From NCBI GenBank assembly GCA_044892505.1, contig CM097882.1, forward strand, positions 298,158,001 to 298,222,000: a DNA stretch of 64,000 nt. The letters are read 5' to 3'. The position numbers and the translations under genes were made by a program. A model generated the notes under the pieces. The model was given only the letters and a program-made list of their open reading frames with translations, was not told the origin of the DNA and searched no databases. The DNA is from Schmidtea nova. Lineage: Eukaryota. Each line of letters starts with the position of its first letter. Position 1 is the stretch's first letter. Below are positions 27,137-39,859 of the stretch, in pieces.

Positions 27137-30100
27137 ATGAAACCATTTATTCGACTGCCTTTGTTTTTAAAAACTAATCATTTTTCTTTCAAAGTTTTAA
27201 AATATTCAATTAGAAAGTTTTCAAATAGCATTCCTAAAATAAACATGTCTGAAGAAAATTTACATCGCCTGCCTCGTGATGTTTTACCGAAAAATTATAA
27301 TTTAACCCTAATACCCAGTTTTGATAATTGGACTTACACTGGTTCTGAAACTGTGGAATTAGATGTAATGAATTATTAAAATTGATTATTCAAATCATGA
27401 AATTTGACTTTTTCTTTCATAGGTCCATAAAGAAGTATGCGAAATAGTGCTCAATGCCACTTCTCTTGTTATTTCCGATGCAATGGTTAATGATGGTTAA
27501 TCATTAAATATATATAATATTACCAGCTAGTTAATTTAAATCAAATTTAGAGAAGTGTACAGTGACATATGTAAATGACTATGATAGAGTAATTATTCCG
27601 CTAAGTAAACCTCTCTTACCGGGAAAAGCCAAATTGAATTTGTTATTTTCTGGAACCTTAAATGATGAAATGAAAGGTTTCTATCGTAGTACTTATAAAA
27701 CAGATAGTAATGAAGAAGTCAGAATGGCTGTTACTCAATTTGAGGTTTTAAATTTTAAAGCAATTATCACAATTAATTTTTATTAGGCTTCTGATGCAAG
27801 GCGAGCATTTCCTTGCTGGGATGAACCAAATATCAAAGCAACATTCGATATAACTCTCGTTGTACCAAAAACTAAAGCAGCTCTATCAAATATGGTAAAC
27901 ATTTATAGTAAAATGGCCAGTTTTACGTTATTTAAAGTTTTATGATTTTTTGCTTTATTGTAATTAATTTTTGAATCTGGACTGGTAATTTCATGATAAT
28001 ATTAATTTACTCTATTTCTTTATAAGGTCAAAATGATTTTGTTTATTTAAAATATATATTATTTATAATATAACTAAAAAAATCATATATTCTAAATGTT
28101 TGTTTTAAATTACTCGTTTTCCTTACGCGGATCATCTCCATTCAGGGAGCGTTATTTACTTTTTAATTTTTTTCGAGTTTATCCAATTTGACTATGAAAT
28201 CGAAATATTTTATAATAAAATATTGTTATTGAACAGAATTATATTCATTTTAACCTGATTAAATAATTTTTAAGTCGATAAGAGAGATAGAATTATAGAT
28301 ACCGAGTAGTTAAAGTTATGAGGGGGGTAAATAGTAACATGATTTAAGTACGTAATATTTAAGATAATTGTATATGAACATTGCTCAGGTTAGAATTCAA
28401 ACTCATAACATTTGTTAAATAATTTCTATTATAGAGAAAAATAAATTTTAGAAAAAATTATACACAAGAAGACAAAACAAATAATCAAATTTATAAAATA
28501 TATTAAAAGTCCATCTATAAACATTTCGACTGTACATAGTAACAGATCAACTAAAGTTATTTTTACAAACAAAACTAATACGAAATCATCAAATTTTTAT
28601 GTATTTACTTTTACTCTGACTATCAGACCAGGGTTCTTTCAATTGTACATTCAACCAAGACCTCTTAGAGACGCTTTATTCCTATCGTCATTTTCTGACC
28701 TAATAATAAAACGACATTTAACAATTTCGCTTACAGCGTATGTAAGAACAATACTGAAAACTCCAACAACACTTTTCGTCATTAAACAAATATGTCTTAA
28801 AACAACAATTGCCGCATTCATGTTTTAACTAGACTACGAGAATTGTAAAGGGTTCTTAATAACACATAACCAAGTGCTCCGAATCTTTTAATGCTAGTGT
28901 TCTGGCGATGAATATGGATACTAGACTTCTGGTCATTAGACCGAGACCACTTTTATTTCTAACTTCAGCTTTTACTTTATCATTCGATGCTAGAGATAAC
29001 AACACAGCAAAAGAAGAATTGACAATCTCTTGCGAGTTAAAGAATCTCTGGTTCCTAAAAATTACTCTACATCTAAAATCACAGGTAGATTATTCAACAT
29101 AAAACAACTTAACAACCTCTTATGATTTCTGATTTATTTGTATTCTGAATGCAAAAACAGCTTTATAATAATTATTGATTGCTATATTTATTGCATGTAC
29201 AAATTTAGTTCAAAGGGGGATTTTTCTGAAAAGGGACACTAGACACAAACAGTTTTCAGACTCTTCTGAACATTTGAACTTAATGCCCAGACTGCTAATG
29301 TGTATGTAAAAAGAAATGAGTGTATCCGTTTCCTGAAATTATTGTACTACAATGATTTTATATTAAGCTATATAACAAAAGTTCCAAAAATGATTCTGTG
29401 AAATTGAATTACAAACACTAATAAAAATAGAAAATAATGGAGTTTAAGTTGTTAACATTGAATTAAAAGGGAAATTATATAAATTATCTTTGCATTCAAA
29501 TAATTTATTAGCCCAAATGATCATAGATTATTTTAAATTTCAATAATATACTTTATTGTAAATGTAGCTTAACTGTAAAAATATATAATAGGCTGGGTAT
29601 ATAATATATAAAATATAAGATAAATTTAAAAAAATGATATTTTTAATAATTATTAACTTTTAATTTCAACTTTTAAAAGTGCCACTGTTTTTATTCTTAA
29701 CCGAAAATAATATATTGTGAAAAAATTACTGATTCATAATTGTTTATAGTAAGCAGGTATGCATCAAATATCCACTAAATTAATGCCTTAAAGCTTTGGG
29801 ATAAAAATATTTCAAATGTATTTTCAAAATTTGGCATATGCTAATTATATTGATAAAAATTGACACCAAGTGATATAATTGCTTCAATTAAGAAATATAA
29901 TAGCGAGAAAATAAAAATGTTGTCAAATGATTTATTATTCACTTGATCGTTTGATTATTTGGTGTTAAAATCATTAATTATCATACATCTGATCTCAAGT
30001 ACGCATTATGATCAATTCCGTAATTATCATTCCATTCATTTTTCTTGATATTTTCATTTTTGAAAAAAATTTTGCGTTCATTTAATTTTTTCATACAATG

Positions 30101-31197
30101 CTATGCAATTACAAGCTATAATGTTGTATTTTATACAATGACATCTGAAAATCTTTGGAACCCACAGTAAATAATATTGAGGCTTTATATGTATATCTTA
30201 CCATAGCTGAGTCTCCACGTGTTTCGGGGCCTTTCAGTAAACACCTGTTCTCACGTATTCTTAGTAGAATTGACTCCATTGTCCTAAAGATGCTGATGAA
30301 TCTCAATGTGAGATATTTTCTTTTGTTATGTCAAGTAGTCAGAAAGACAATTGCAAAGAGAATGAATTGCAAAAATGGGATTTTGAACAATTAGACTATA
30401 AATATCTTATAAACTAGGTCCTATTTCGACGAGACATCGCTATCGAAAGAACTTAGCTATACTGGGAATTAAACGCCTTATTAGTACAGTGTAAACAGCT
30501 GGAGACCTTTAAGTCTCGGGTGGGGGTTGTAGAGTCAATTAATATTTACTAGGGTTTTTGGTGGCAAGTTTTTTCCACAAATTATTTTTGTACTCAAATG
30601 AAACAAATGGCTAACAACATTCACATGAATTGTGCCAGGATTATAATACCATTGTAAGGGCTTTGTGGAATTGTACTCTTGCTCTGATAAATTTCAAAAA
30701 GTCTGATAGCTGGCGATTGCCTGTATATAAAAGCTTTAAGATACCACATGATTTTTAGTTGTATCAATACTTGTAACATTAATCGAGCTATGCTGTCAAA
30801 TTTTTATGGCAAAATGATCTCATGTCGGTTTAACAGTTTGATATGCTAGATACCATAGTATATACAATAAAATCATCCATTCGTCTTTCATGAAATCTTT
30901 CCAATTTAAGCTAATTATAATTTTTACACGAGCATTAATAAATTAGACAGAGGAAATAAAAACTGCTATATAAAACCACATTAATCTCATTTTATTTGAG
31001 TCCCCTAAGAGACTAAAACAATTTTTTCATTAACAGAAAATGTTTTGTAAAAGTTTTGCCTTATACATTACAATTACAAATAAGCTTAAAGTATTTTGTA
31101 ATTGTGATTAGGTAATATAATGTATATAATGCTGTGAACACTCAGTGATAATGGAGAAATTTCGCAATAAGAAAAATCTTTGCTGTATTGTAATATT

Positions 31198-31235
<38 letters not shown>

Positions 31236-34200
31236 ATAATATATTAACTATATCTACGATAATAATAAAAATGCTAATAGTAATAATATTAATGATAGGA
31301 ATGAATAATAACGAGGACAAAAAATAATAACAATAATAATATAGCTAATAATAAAAATAATTATAATGTTATTTTATTTTTAATTTATGAATAATATATT
31401 ATGAATGTAGTATACTATATATAGTTATTGTAATAATAATATTAATATTTGTAATAAATAATAAATTGGCTATCTCATCGATGGATTCAGTTGATGAACT
31501 TGATAAATTTTGCTTGAGCAGCGTTCTCATTATGAACTCGGGAATAATGCGAAGATTAGAGGATTTTTGGTTTTTTTAACACAGACTTGTCTCTGATAGA
31601 TTCTTCCTGGAGATGCATTTCTCTGATTTTTAAAGTTATGCAGATAATACAATTGAGCAAGTGAACTGTAACAAATGTATATGGTGACGTTAAATCAGAA
31701 ATTGTATATTGGCCAAAATAGGTTCCGTCAATGCTATTTTGTTAAGGCTGACTTTGAACGATGTTGCTGAAATAAAAATAAGATCAATCAGAGCACATCG
31801 TTCATGAAAATCGTAAGCAATTTGTCGATGAAGATGATCACAGATTATAATTTATTTGATTAGGTTATTGATAAATTTTGTGACAACTATGAGAAAATGA
31901 ATTTCTCTCCGTGCGCGCATTAATGAATTTCCCTATTTTGTGGGAAATATGATTAATATCTGATAAAATTTCTTATACCATTTTTGGTGGTTGGGTTTTG
32001 ATACCAATTGTGATTGCATACATTATAAGATCACGATTATATCGATAAATATCATGACAGATAACAGTGGATATGAATGTGTCGCATTAAATTAGGAAAC
32101 CAATTGTCCACATTTAATTCGAAAAATTTACCAAGGATTATCAGATTTTAAAACGCCTACGAGAGAAACAATTAACATAATACGAATAATGTTTAACATT
32201 TTGCTTACATTATTAAACTGAATGATACACAATAATACAATCAACGAAGATAAATAGTTAGTTATAAAAGAAATAATAATAATAGCTTCGGTTTAGCAAA
32301 GACAACGAATTAAAAAAATATATATTAATCTGAAAATTTAGCTATGAGTCTATTTTTTAAAAAGGTAACTAGTAAATCAAAAAAAAATTCTTTTTTCAAA
32401 TCCATGCTTTATGCGAGCAGAACTTGGCTGAGAAATTTTTTTTTGCAATTTATATTACATTTACACGCAAAATTTCTCTGAAGACACCAACACATTTACC
32501 TCTCGTCCATTGGGGAAATTCAAATTGTTATTTAGTTAACTTAATTAACTTTTTTTGGTCAAATTTATCAATTTCCATGTATTGTCACCGGAAGTGAGCA
32601 AGTGTGCAAAATTTGAAGTGAATCGGTTGAGAGAAAAGCACTAAAAAATTGATTTGTAATTTTGTGGCACACACATATATATAGAAAGCAACCTTATATA
32701 AAGCATGGAAAAAAAGAAATTACCATAGTTATATTTAAGCAACTACTAAACATGTTTTTAGTGTTATATTAGTGTTTTAATAAGAAAATTTGCAAAATTT
32801 CATCTAAACTAAAAATAAAGATTTTAAATTCTTTTTAAAAAATGTCATGTCATATTTAGATAACTATAGTGTTATTATATAAAATTAACTAATTTCAGAT
32901 TAAATGTAATTCACAAGTGAATTGTTAATGGTATGTGAGATAATAAAATGTGAAAATGTTGAGATTTTTCATACCTGGTTTAATATATTAATAATCTAAT
33001 TGTAGAAATTAACTAAAATTCAGCTATATTTAGATGACATTATTTAATATGAAAAATGCTACTGTTCTAGACTTTACAATTCAATTAAATGATAAAAGAA
33101 TATTTGAATGTCAGTAAATATTTACCTTTAATATTATTATTGGGATTATCAAGACTGCGGAGCTAGTGCTTATTTGTTCAGGCTGCCGCTCCACTAAAAT
33201 TGCTTAGATAATTTTTTTCAAGGTGATATTTTCTCATATAATCGTTTAATAAGAAAAGAAGTACAACTTAGACTAAATTAAAGATTGGAAAAAATGATTC
33301 CACATTTAATTCTATACTAAAAAAAATCATTAATTCAGTTTTTAAACTTCATATTTGATCTTTTTTCCATTTCATTTATTTCAGTCAATAGAAAAAATAT
33401 TTCTACTATTCAGCACTATTTTTGGCACTTCTTTTTTTAAATGCTTGTCAAATAAAAACTTAATAAATGTATTTCCGAAAATTTGTGTTAGATATTGGAA
33501 AAAAATTGATATATTGTTTGAAATAAATATATAGTTAAATTCAATTTCTTTAAAGACATTTAAGTTTTCTCTAATTTTCGTAGTGATTCAAAAATTTAAC
33601 TCGTTTTCGAAAAAAGTGAATTTAAATTTAAAATTATTACGTAAAATGAAAAGATAATTGAAAATGATAGGTTGAATGTTATTAAATAATCAAATTTTAT
33701 TGATTACAATTACTCCAGTAAACATTTTTACAAAAACACTAAAATCAGAAAGTATACTAAGTCAAAAAATGCGATATAGATTTAAATTGTGAGATGACTA
33801 ACTATATGACTAATCTGGTTTTTGAATAGCAGTAAATCAGATGTGAGTGTTCATTTTTATTTCTTTATCATTTATAGTTATTATGTTTTATTTTAAAATT
33901 TTTATTTGATTTTTTGCATATTATTGAAATCTATTTTTTAATATTCAATATCATAACAAAAAAATCAAATGTAACCAAATATTTATTGGTCTAAAAAATA
34001 TTAACTTTAATCAGTATAAATAAATATTATTTTTATCCTGCCCTGATAATATCAAATAGTTTAAAAGGTCAATAAAGATAGAAAATAGTGAATCAAAATG
34101 GGAAGAGTATGCATTATCAGCACTATTAGAGAGTAACATTTAATATTCTGTTTGAGGCACATACTAATTTTGATATCGACATTTCTAAATTTTTAACATT

Positions 34201-37094
34201 TGCTTTAAAATTTAAAACAATTTCTATCTAAATAAATACAATAATTTTTTAAATTACTTACTATTTAAATATTAAAATAATTTCAATTCTGTCTGTTAAT
34301 TTTTTACTCACAGTTACATTGTTAAAGATGACATTTATAAAAATATTATTAATAGTAGTGGTAACACCTTTTTTTCTAGAAATTTTATTATTCCTTGGGG
34401 TATATGGCCAAATCCTGCTTTTAAATCAATATTATACAAGAACTAAACAAAAGGTGTTTAAAACAATATTTATTATATAACAATTAAATTATGCACGAAT
34501 TTTAATATTATTTAAATAGTTTTTAAATATTCATTATTAGATATAACCTTTTAATTTATTTCTTCCTGAAACTTCTTTTTTCTACCATTTCCTGTTTAAT
34601 CGATCTTTATTTTTTTGGTTTGCAAGACATGTGTAAAATTTCTATGATAATAAACGACTAGGAAGAGAAAATGTTTAAAGTTTGGAGTGCCTATGATTTG
34701 AAGAGCAGCAAAATCACCATGACAATTGATATTTTTGTTTGTGGATGTTAGGAGCTATAATTGTTTTAAGAAAGCCAGGATGGAGTAATCTAAATTGTAA
34801 TAAGCGAGGCCGCCAATTTAACACATTGAAGACATTATCATTCCAGTGTTTATCTGATTGCTGATTTGACTGATGAAGGTAAAATGCAGTAGAAAGACGT
34901 GATTAACACAGTCGATGCGATTGGATATGAATATGGAGACAGTTTTTCGATGAGAGCTTAATGACTTAGTACGAGACCTTAGTTTATCGAAAGAGTCATC
35001 TGATCCTTTAGTGTCCAGGTTTAATGAGACATATCTCCTACCTGAAGTTAAGATAATAGCCTATCGGACCAGAGAGCAGGAGTTTCTACGATATTTCACC
35101 CCAGACGAAGCTCTTGCTTATTTTCATGACATATCTGTATTTCTTCATCTCGGATTACGTGAATATCATCAAAAGATTTGATGACTATTTATTGATTGAT
35201 ACCATGAGTTTGAAGTGTGCTTTATTCCACAATAGTAGTCAACCTCCTTTGCTCATTCCACCACACTTAAAAGAACAGTATCAAAAATATCAAAATATTA
35301 CAAAATATTTTCTTATCATGAACACAACTGGTCCCTTTGCGTAGATGATGAACTTTCTCCTCGGACAACAAAGTGGATATACCAAATACTGCTGTTTCAT
35401 ATCTATGTAATATAACAGGGTGAATAAAGACCGTTGGTTGAAAGGTATTTGGTCGGCACAGAAAAGCATGATTGTCGGCACATCATTCATAAACCACTAG
35501 TTGACAGACGGAAAATAATTTTGCCACTACTTCACAATAGACTTGGTTTGTTTAATCAAAAAATAGACTCAATCAAGTAAAACGACAGATAGATTCGGAT
35601 TCAGCATTTTTAAATTACACAAAATTCACTCTAAGATCAGTTGCAATAAAAATTATGTTAACTAGTGTTAATCATTCATAAACTTATTACATATTTATTT
35701 GAAAACTCATGGAATAATATCAGAACCCGCGAATTTAATTGAAATTTACTGTTACTGCAAGTATTTATTAACGTAACATCTTAATAAAACGTTGGTGATT
35801 ATATTTTTCGGTATTTGTTCATTATCGGGACCCCCAGTAAAAAAATCAAACATTCGGTGAAAACATTTAATTCAACAATTACAACTACTGCACCTGAGAC
35901 TCAGGAGGCCAGAAAGCCACAATTGCTTCTAACAAAGCCTCGAAAACATCCTCTCTGGCAACATGCTTGCGCCACATGAACTCAGCCAAATATGACTCCA
36001 AATGATGACGTGCGGTGCCTCGGTGTTTCTTGCGCCACTTGGCCGATCCCAACATACGTTCGAGGGTCTGGGTGTATTAATAATATAGCATTAAACAAAA
36101 AACACTCCCTTTAATTTGGAATATCATAATTAAATATTGTTTAAAAATAACTTCTAAAATTAGACCAATCGATAAAATAAATGCAACTATTTATTTCAAA
36201 TATTCACTTTACAAACTAATATAAAATTTTATTCGTAACTATAACCAAAATAATATTTTGAATTAAAGATTTATTATTAAAATTATTAAAATTTACTGGG
36301 GGTCCCGATAATGAACAAGTACCTATTTTTCATTTTTCATTATTGTTTTGTATTATTACACCACGTAAACATAAATTGTCCCAGTTAACTATTTTTTTAA
36401 AAACAACTCAACGGGTATTCTCCTAACAAATCGCTTCCAAGTTGAAACATAACACATAAAATTTATCATTAATTATTCCGTGACTATTTTTTTGATTTTT
36501 TATAGCCGGAAAAATGTCGAACAGATGTCTCAGATTCATTGGTCAAAATTGAATATGAGAGGTCTCCGATTATGTCGACTTATTTAGTGGCATTTGTTAT
36601 TGGGGAACTTGATTATGTAGAATCCCATGACAGTAATGGTGTACGGGTAATGGCTAATATGAAAAATGTAAAAGTGGTTTGATTAATCAATATTAATCAA
36701 GGTTCGTGTTTACACTGCAAAAGATAAATCAAATCGCGGGAAATTTGCCCTGGACGTGTGTTGTCGAACATTGCCTTTCTACGCGACATATTTTGATATA
36801 GGATGCCCACTTCCTAAAATGGACCTTGTCGCTATACCAGATTTTGCTGCTGGCGCTATGGAAAATTGGGGCCTTGTTACTTATCGGGAAACTATGTTAT
36901 TTGTCGACGAGCATGAATCTTCTACTATTAGCAAGCCAATTGTCGCCCTTGTCGTTGTGCATGAATGTGCTCATATGTGGTTTGGTAATCTTGTCACTAT
37001 GGATTGGTGGACTGATTTACGGTTAAACGAGGGCTTTGCAACTTGGATCGAGTATATATGCGTGGATTACTGCTACCCAGAATTCGATATTTGG
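27137..37094 (+). CDS. NPEPPS: 5' half of puromycin-sensitive aminopeptidase (M1 family), six exons, truncated; probably non-functional
   Basis: Exons 27137(27245)-27364, 27423-27495, 27551-27744, 27787-27894, 36506-36646 and 36702-37094, all GT-AG and in frame. Motifs [43 protein letters not shown] and NEGFA. No downstream exons found after 37094. Confidence 0.9.
34600..35520 (+). mobile_element. Decayed Chapaev3/CMC-type transposase inside NPEPPS intron 4
   Basis: Broken-frame motifs CKTC...KFGVPMI.R...[42 protein letters not shown] and [15 protein letters not shown]. Confidence 0.7.
35810..36323 (-). mobile_element. Merlin (IS1595-like) internal-deletion derivative, 514 bp
   Basis: TIRs GGTATTTGTTCATTATCGGGACCCCCAGTAAA / TTTACTGGGGGTCCCGATAATGAACAAGTACC with an 8-bp TSD TATTTTTC. 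Minus strand encodes HTQTLERML...[18 protein letters not shown], the Merlin C-terminus. Confidence 0.9.
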
Positions 37095-37235
37095 GTAAAT
37101 TTAATTTAATTTTTTAAAATAATAGCTATCAACGTGTCGTACTAACTAGGATTTTGTATTTTTGATTTCTAGGGAGATGTATAATTTATAATTTATAATA
37201 TTCTATAAATGTAACAAAACCCGTCATGATATTCC

Positions 37236-39213
37236 AGTAGGGGGATATGAGGAGTCTGGATCCGTATGAGTTATCGCGCGTTTTTTGGCGACATTTTTAA
37301 AGTGTGTTTTGTTTAAATGTTTGGAATTTTTTATTATTATTTTTATTATTATTTTTATTTTATTATTATTTTATTTATTTTTATTTTTTATTTAATTAAT
37401 TTTTTTTTAATTAGTTATTTATTTTTTAAATATTATTAATTTACTTTTGTTAATATAATTTATTATTGTTATTATAAATTTTGAAACACTTCAATGATAA
37501 ACGTTCAATGAAGGCACTACTCAAAATATTTTAAGAATATATCACATGGTGAAATACGATAAATATTAAACTAATTATTTATTATTATTATTATTATTAA
37601 TATTACTATTATTTCTATGACGTAACCATAGTTTCTAAAAATTATTACCCAAATTATAAAAACAGACTGAAACTAATCTGTACAATATATAACTAAATAA
37701 TTAAAAAACAAAGTTCTTCAATAAATTTTATTTAAACAAAACTTTCATCTTGGAGATATCCAGGTGGATCTTGGAATTGTTGATCTGGATTGATTCTTGG
37801 ATCGGTATGTTGAAATATAAACAAGTCACCTTCCATATAATGGCCATATGCCAAGCTTTTATTTTTCGCCACCCATTTCCTTTTATCATCTGCGTTTGTC
37901 AGTGCAGTCTTTTCATGTTTAATAGTAAAAAGTTGGTGATTTTTACTTGTGATTCTCGTTTGGGGAACAGAAAATATTTGGTTATTATTAAAACAGTCCA
38001 GGTACGACTGATGCTTTATGTCAGTACCCGCTAATGTTGCCCCCTTAGCTTTATTAGTTTCCTCGTCACCTAAAAGACTATAACATTTAGGTCTAAGAAA
38101 CACCCACTCCTCGTATTTAAGCCCTTTATTCTCGTCTTTGAACTTGCCAATGACAGAATCAAGAGAAAGAAAAAGTTTGAGAAGTCTCCAATGAAGAACA
38201 TAGTTCTTCTTGGGATAATGCGTAAGCATCAACTTCTTAACCTTTGAGCCAGGTGGACACATCTTTTCAGCGGCAACTGGCAAATCATCCAGCTTGTCGT
38301 GAATCGAATCAGGAATTTCTAAATCGACTTCTAATGTAAATCCAAATGTTAATACTTCTAAATTAGCAGATTCACAGTAATAAATTATTTTATTTAATTT
38401 TTCCCTATCAGTTACCCATTTAAATTCTTTATAAGGTAGTTTTTGGCTTAAAGCCCACCCATATAAATTATTTATATCTATATAAAGAAGCTCAGTGTCG
38501 TCGGAGGATACTACATGGTGTTTGTTAACAAATGTTAACCCACCACGGATCCCCCCTTCGAAAAAATAATTTTTCTCCATATCTTGAAGCAACTCGATAG
38601 GAGATTTCAAAGTCATCAAAGCTGAATTCCATGACATGCCTGGAATTCCCAAGAAATTAAGAGGCTCAAGTCGGTTATGTGCAATGGATTTTGCCCTAAA
38701 TTGCTGAAAAAAGTCGGCAAGTAAGAAAACATCCAATTTCAGATATAGCATCATATAATCAAACAATGTTTCACAATTAAATTCATCCCATATCTGTTGA
38801 GCTTTTTCATACTCGTCGATTTTAACTCCTTCCCAAATCGGTGGCAACTCGTATGTATTTTGTAAAACCTCTAAAGAAGTTGCAAAATTATATGGGAATA
38901 TGCCTTTGGAAGTAACTATAGTACCTATAAATTCGGATGAAGTAAGAGGAAAATCTGTTAAAGTCTTTACAGCATCGTTTAAGCTACAGCTTACAAATTG
39001 GCAAGAATCGATAAATTTAATAGTTAAACTATCGACTCTTGCATATAAAGTCAAAATCTTTTCACTTGTAGTAGGAATACAACTTATTTCCCATTTATCG
39101 AATTTATTTAAACCATACTTGAGGATATGATGCAAATCATATCCGCGTAAATTATGAAATATTACTAGAATGACCAATCTTATTTGCCGAGAAAAATTGC
39201 ATTTAGAGCAAGC
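37236..39213 (-). mobile_element. Polinton B remnant: one terminus plus the 3' part of pPolB
   Basis: Terminus begins AGTAGGGGG at 37236 and shares its sequence with 17813-18275. The polB ORF ends 180-190 bp inside the shared terminal segment. Confidence 0.8.
37732..39213 (-). pseudogene. polB: Protein-primed DNA polymerase B fragment with in-frame internal deletion
   Basis: ACSKC...IFHNLRGYD, IDSCQF, KGIFPY, YLKLDVFLLAD, GIRGG, YIDINNLYGWA and FLRPKCY. Lacks motif B (KxxxNSxYG) and motif C (DTDS); 5' truncated. Confidence 0.92.
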
Positions 39214-39251
39214 TGTAGCTTAAACGATGCTGTAAAGACTTTAACAGATTT

Positions 39252-39859
39252 TAAATCAACTAGTAAACAATCTTTATGATCATGTGAAAGCATTTCAAGT
39301 CAAACTCAAACTATGGGAATTTCAGTTTTCGAAAGGTGACACAGTGCATTTTCCAAGTCTGACTGGATGCAAAAAAACTAATGAAGATTTGGAGAAAATT
39401 AAGAAGTATACTGAACAAATTTCAGTTCTGAGAACAGAGTTCAGCACAAGATTTTCAGATTTTGCAGCTCATGAACATGATTTCAAATTATTTTCAGATC
39501 CATTCAATTTTAATGCAGAGGCTGCACCAGACTCAGTTCAAATGGAACTGATTGGACTTCAGTGCAACAGTGACCTGCAAAGAAAACATCACGAAATATC
39601 TTTGATTCAATTTTACAAACTTTATGTTTCCTCAACAAAATTTCCTTCAATTCGATTTCATGCGCTTAAAATGGTATCACTTTTTCCTAGCACCTATATA
39701 TGCGAACAGTTTTTTTTAAAAATGAAACTCACTAAAAGCAAAAACAGCTGCAGGCTGACTGATGACAATCTTTCAAATCAACTTCGTGTGGCAACATCAA
39801 ATATTAAGGCAAACATTTCAGAACTGTCACGACAAAAAAAGTGTCAAATGTCACACTAG
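39252..39859 (+). pseudogene. 3' fragment of Buster/Charlie-type hAT transposase (C-terminal dimerisation domain)
   Basis: NNLYDHVKAFQVKLKLWE, FSDPFN, QMELIGLQCN, FPSTYICEQFF.KMK..KSK...RLTDDNL...LRVATS and CQMSH stop. Confidence 0.9.

Noticed and set aside
32300-32720. Possible Helentron-associated MITE
   Set aside because: General resemblance only; could not define subterminal repeats or the insertion site.
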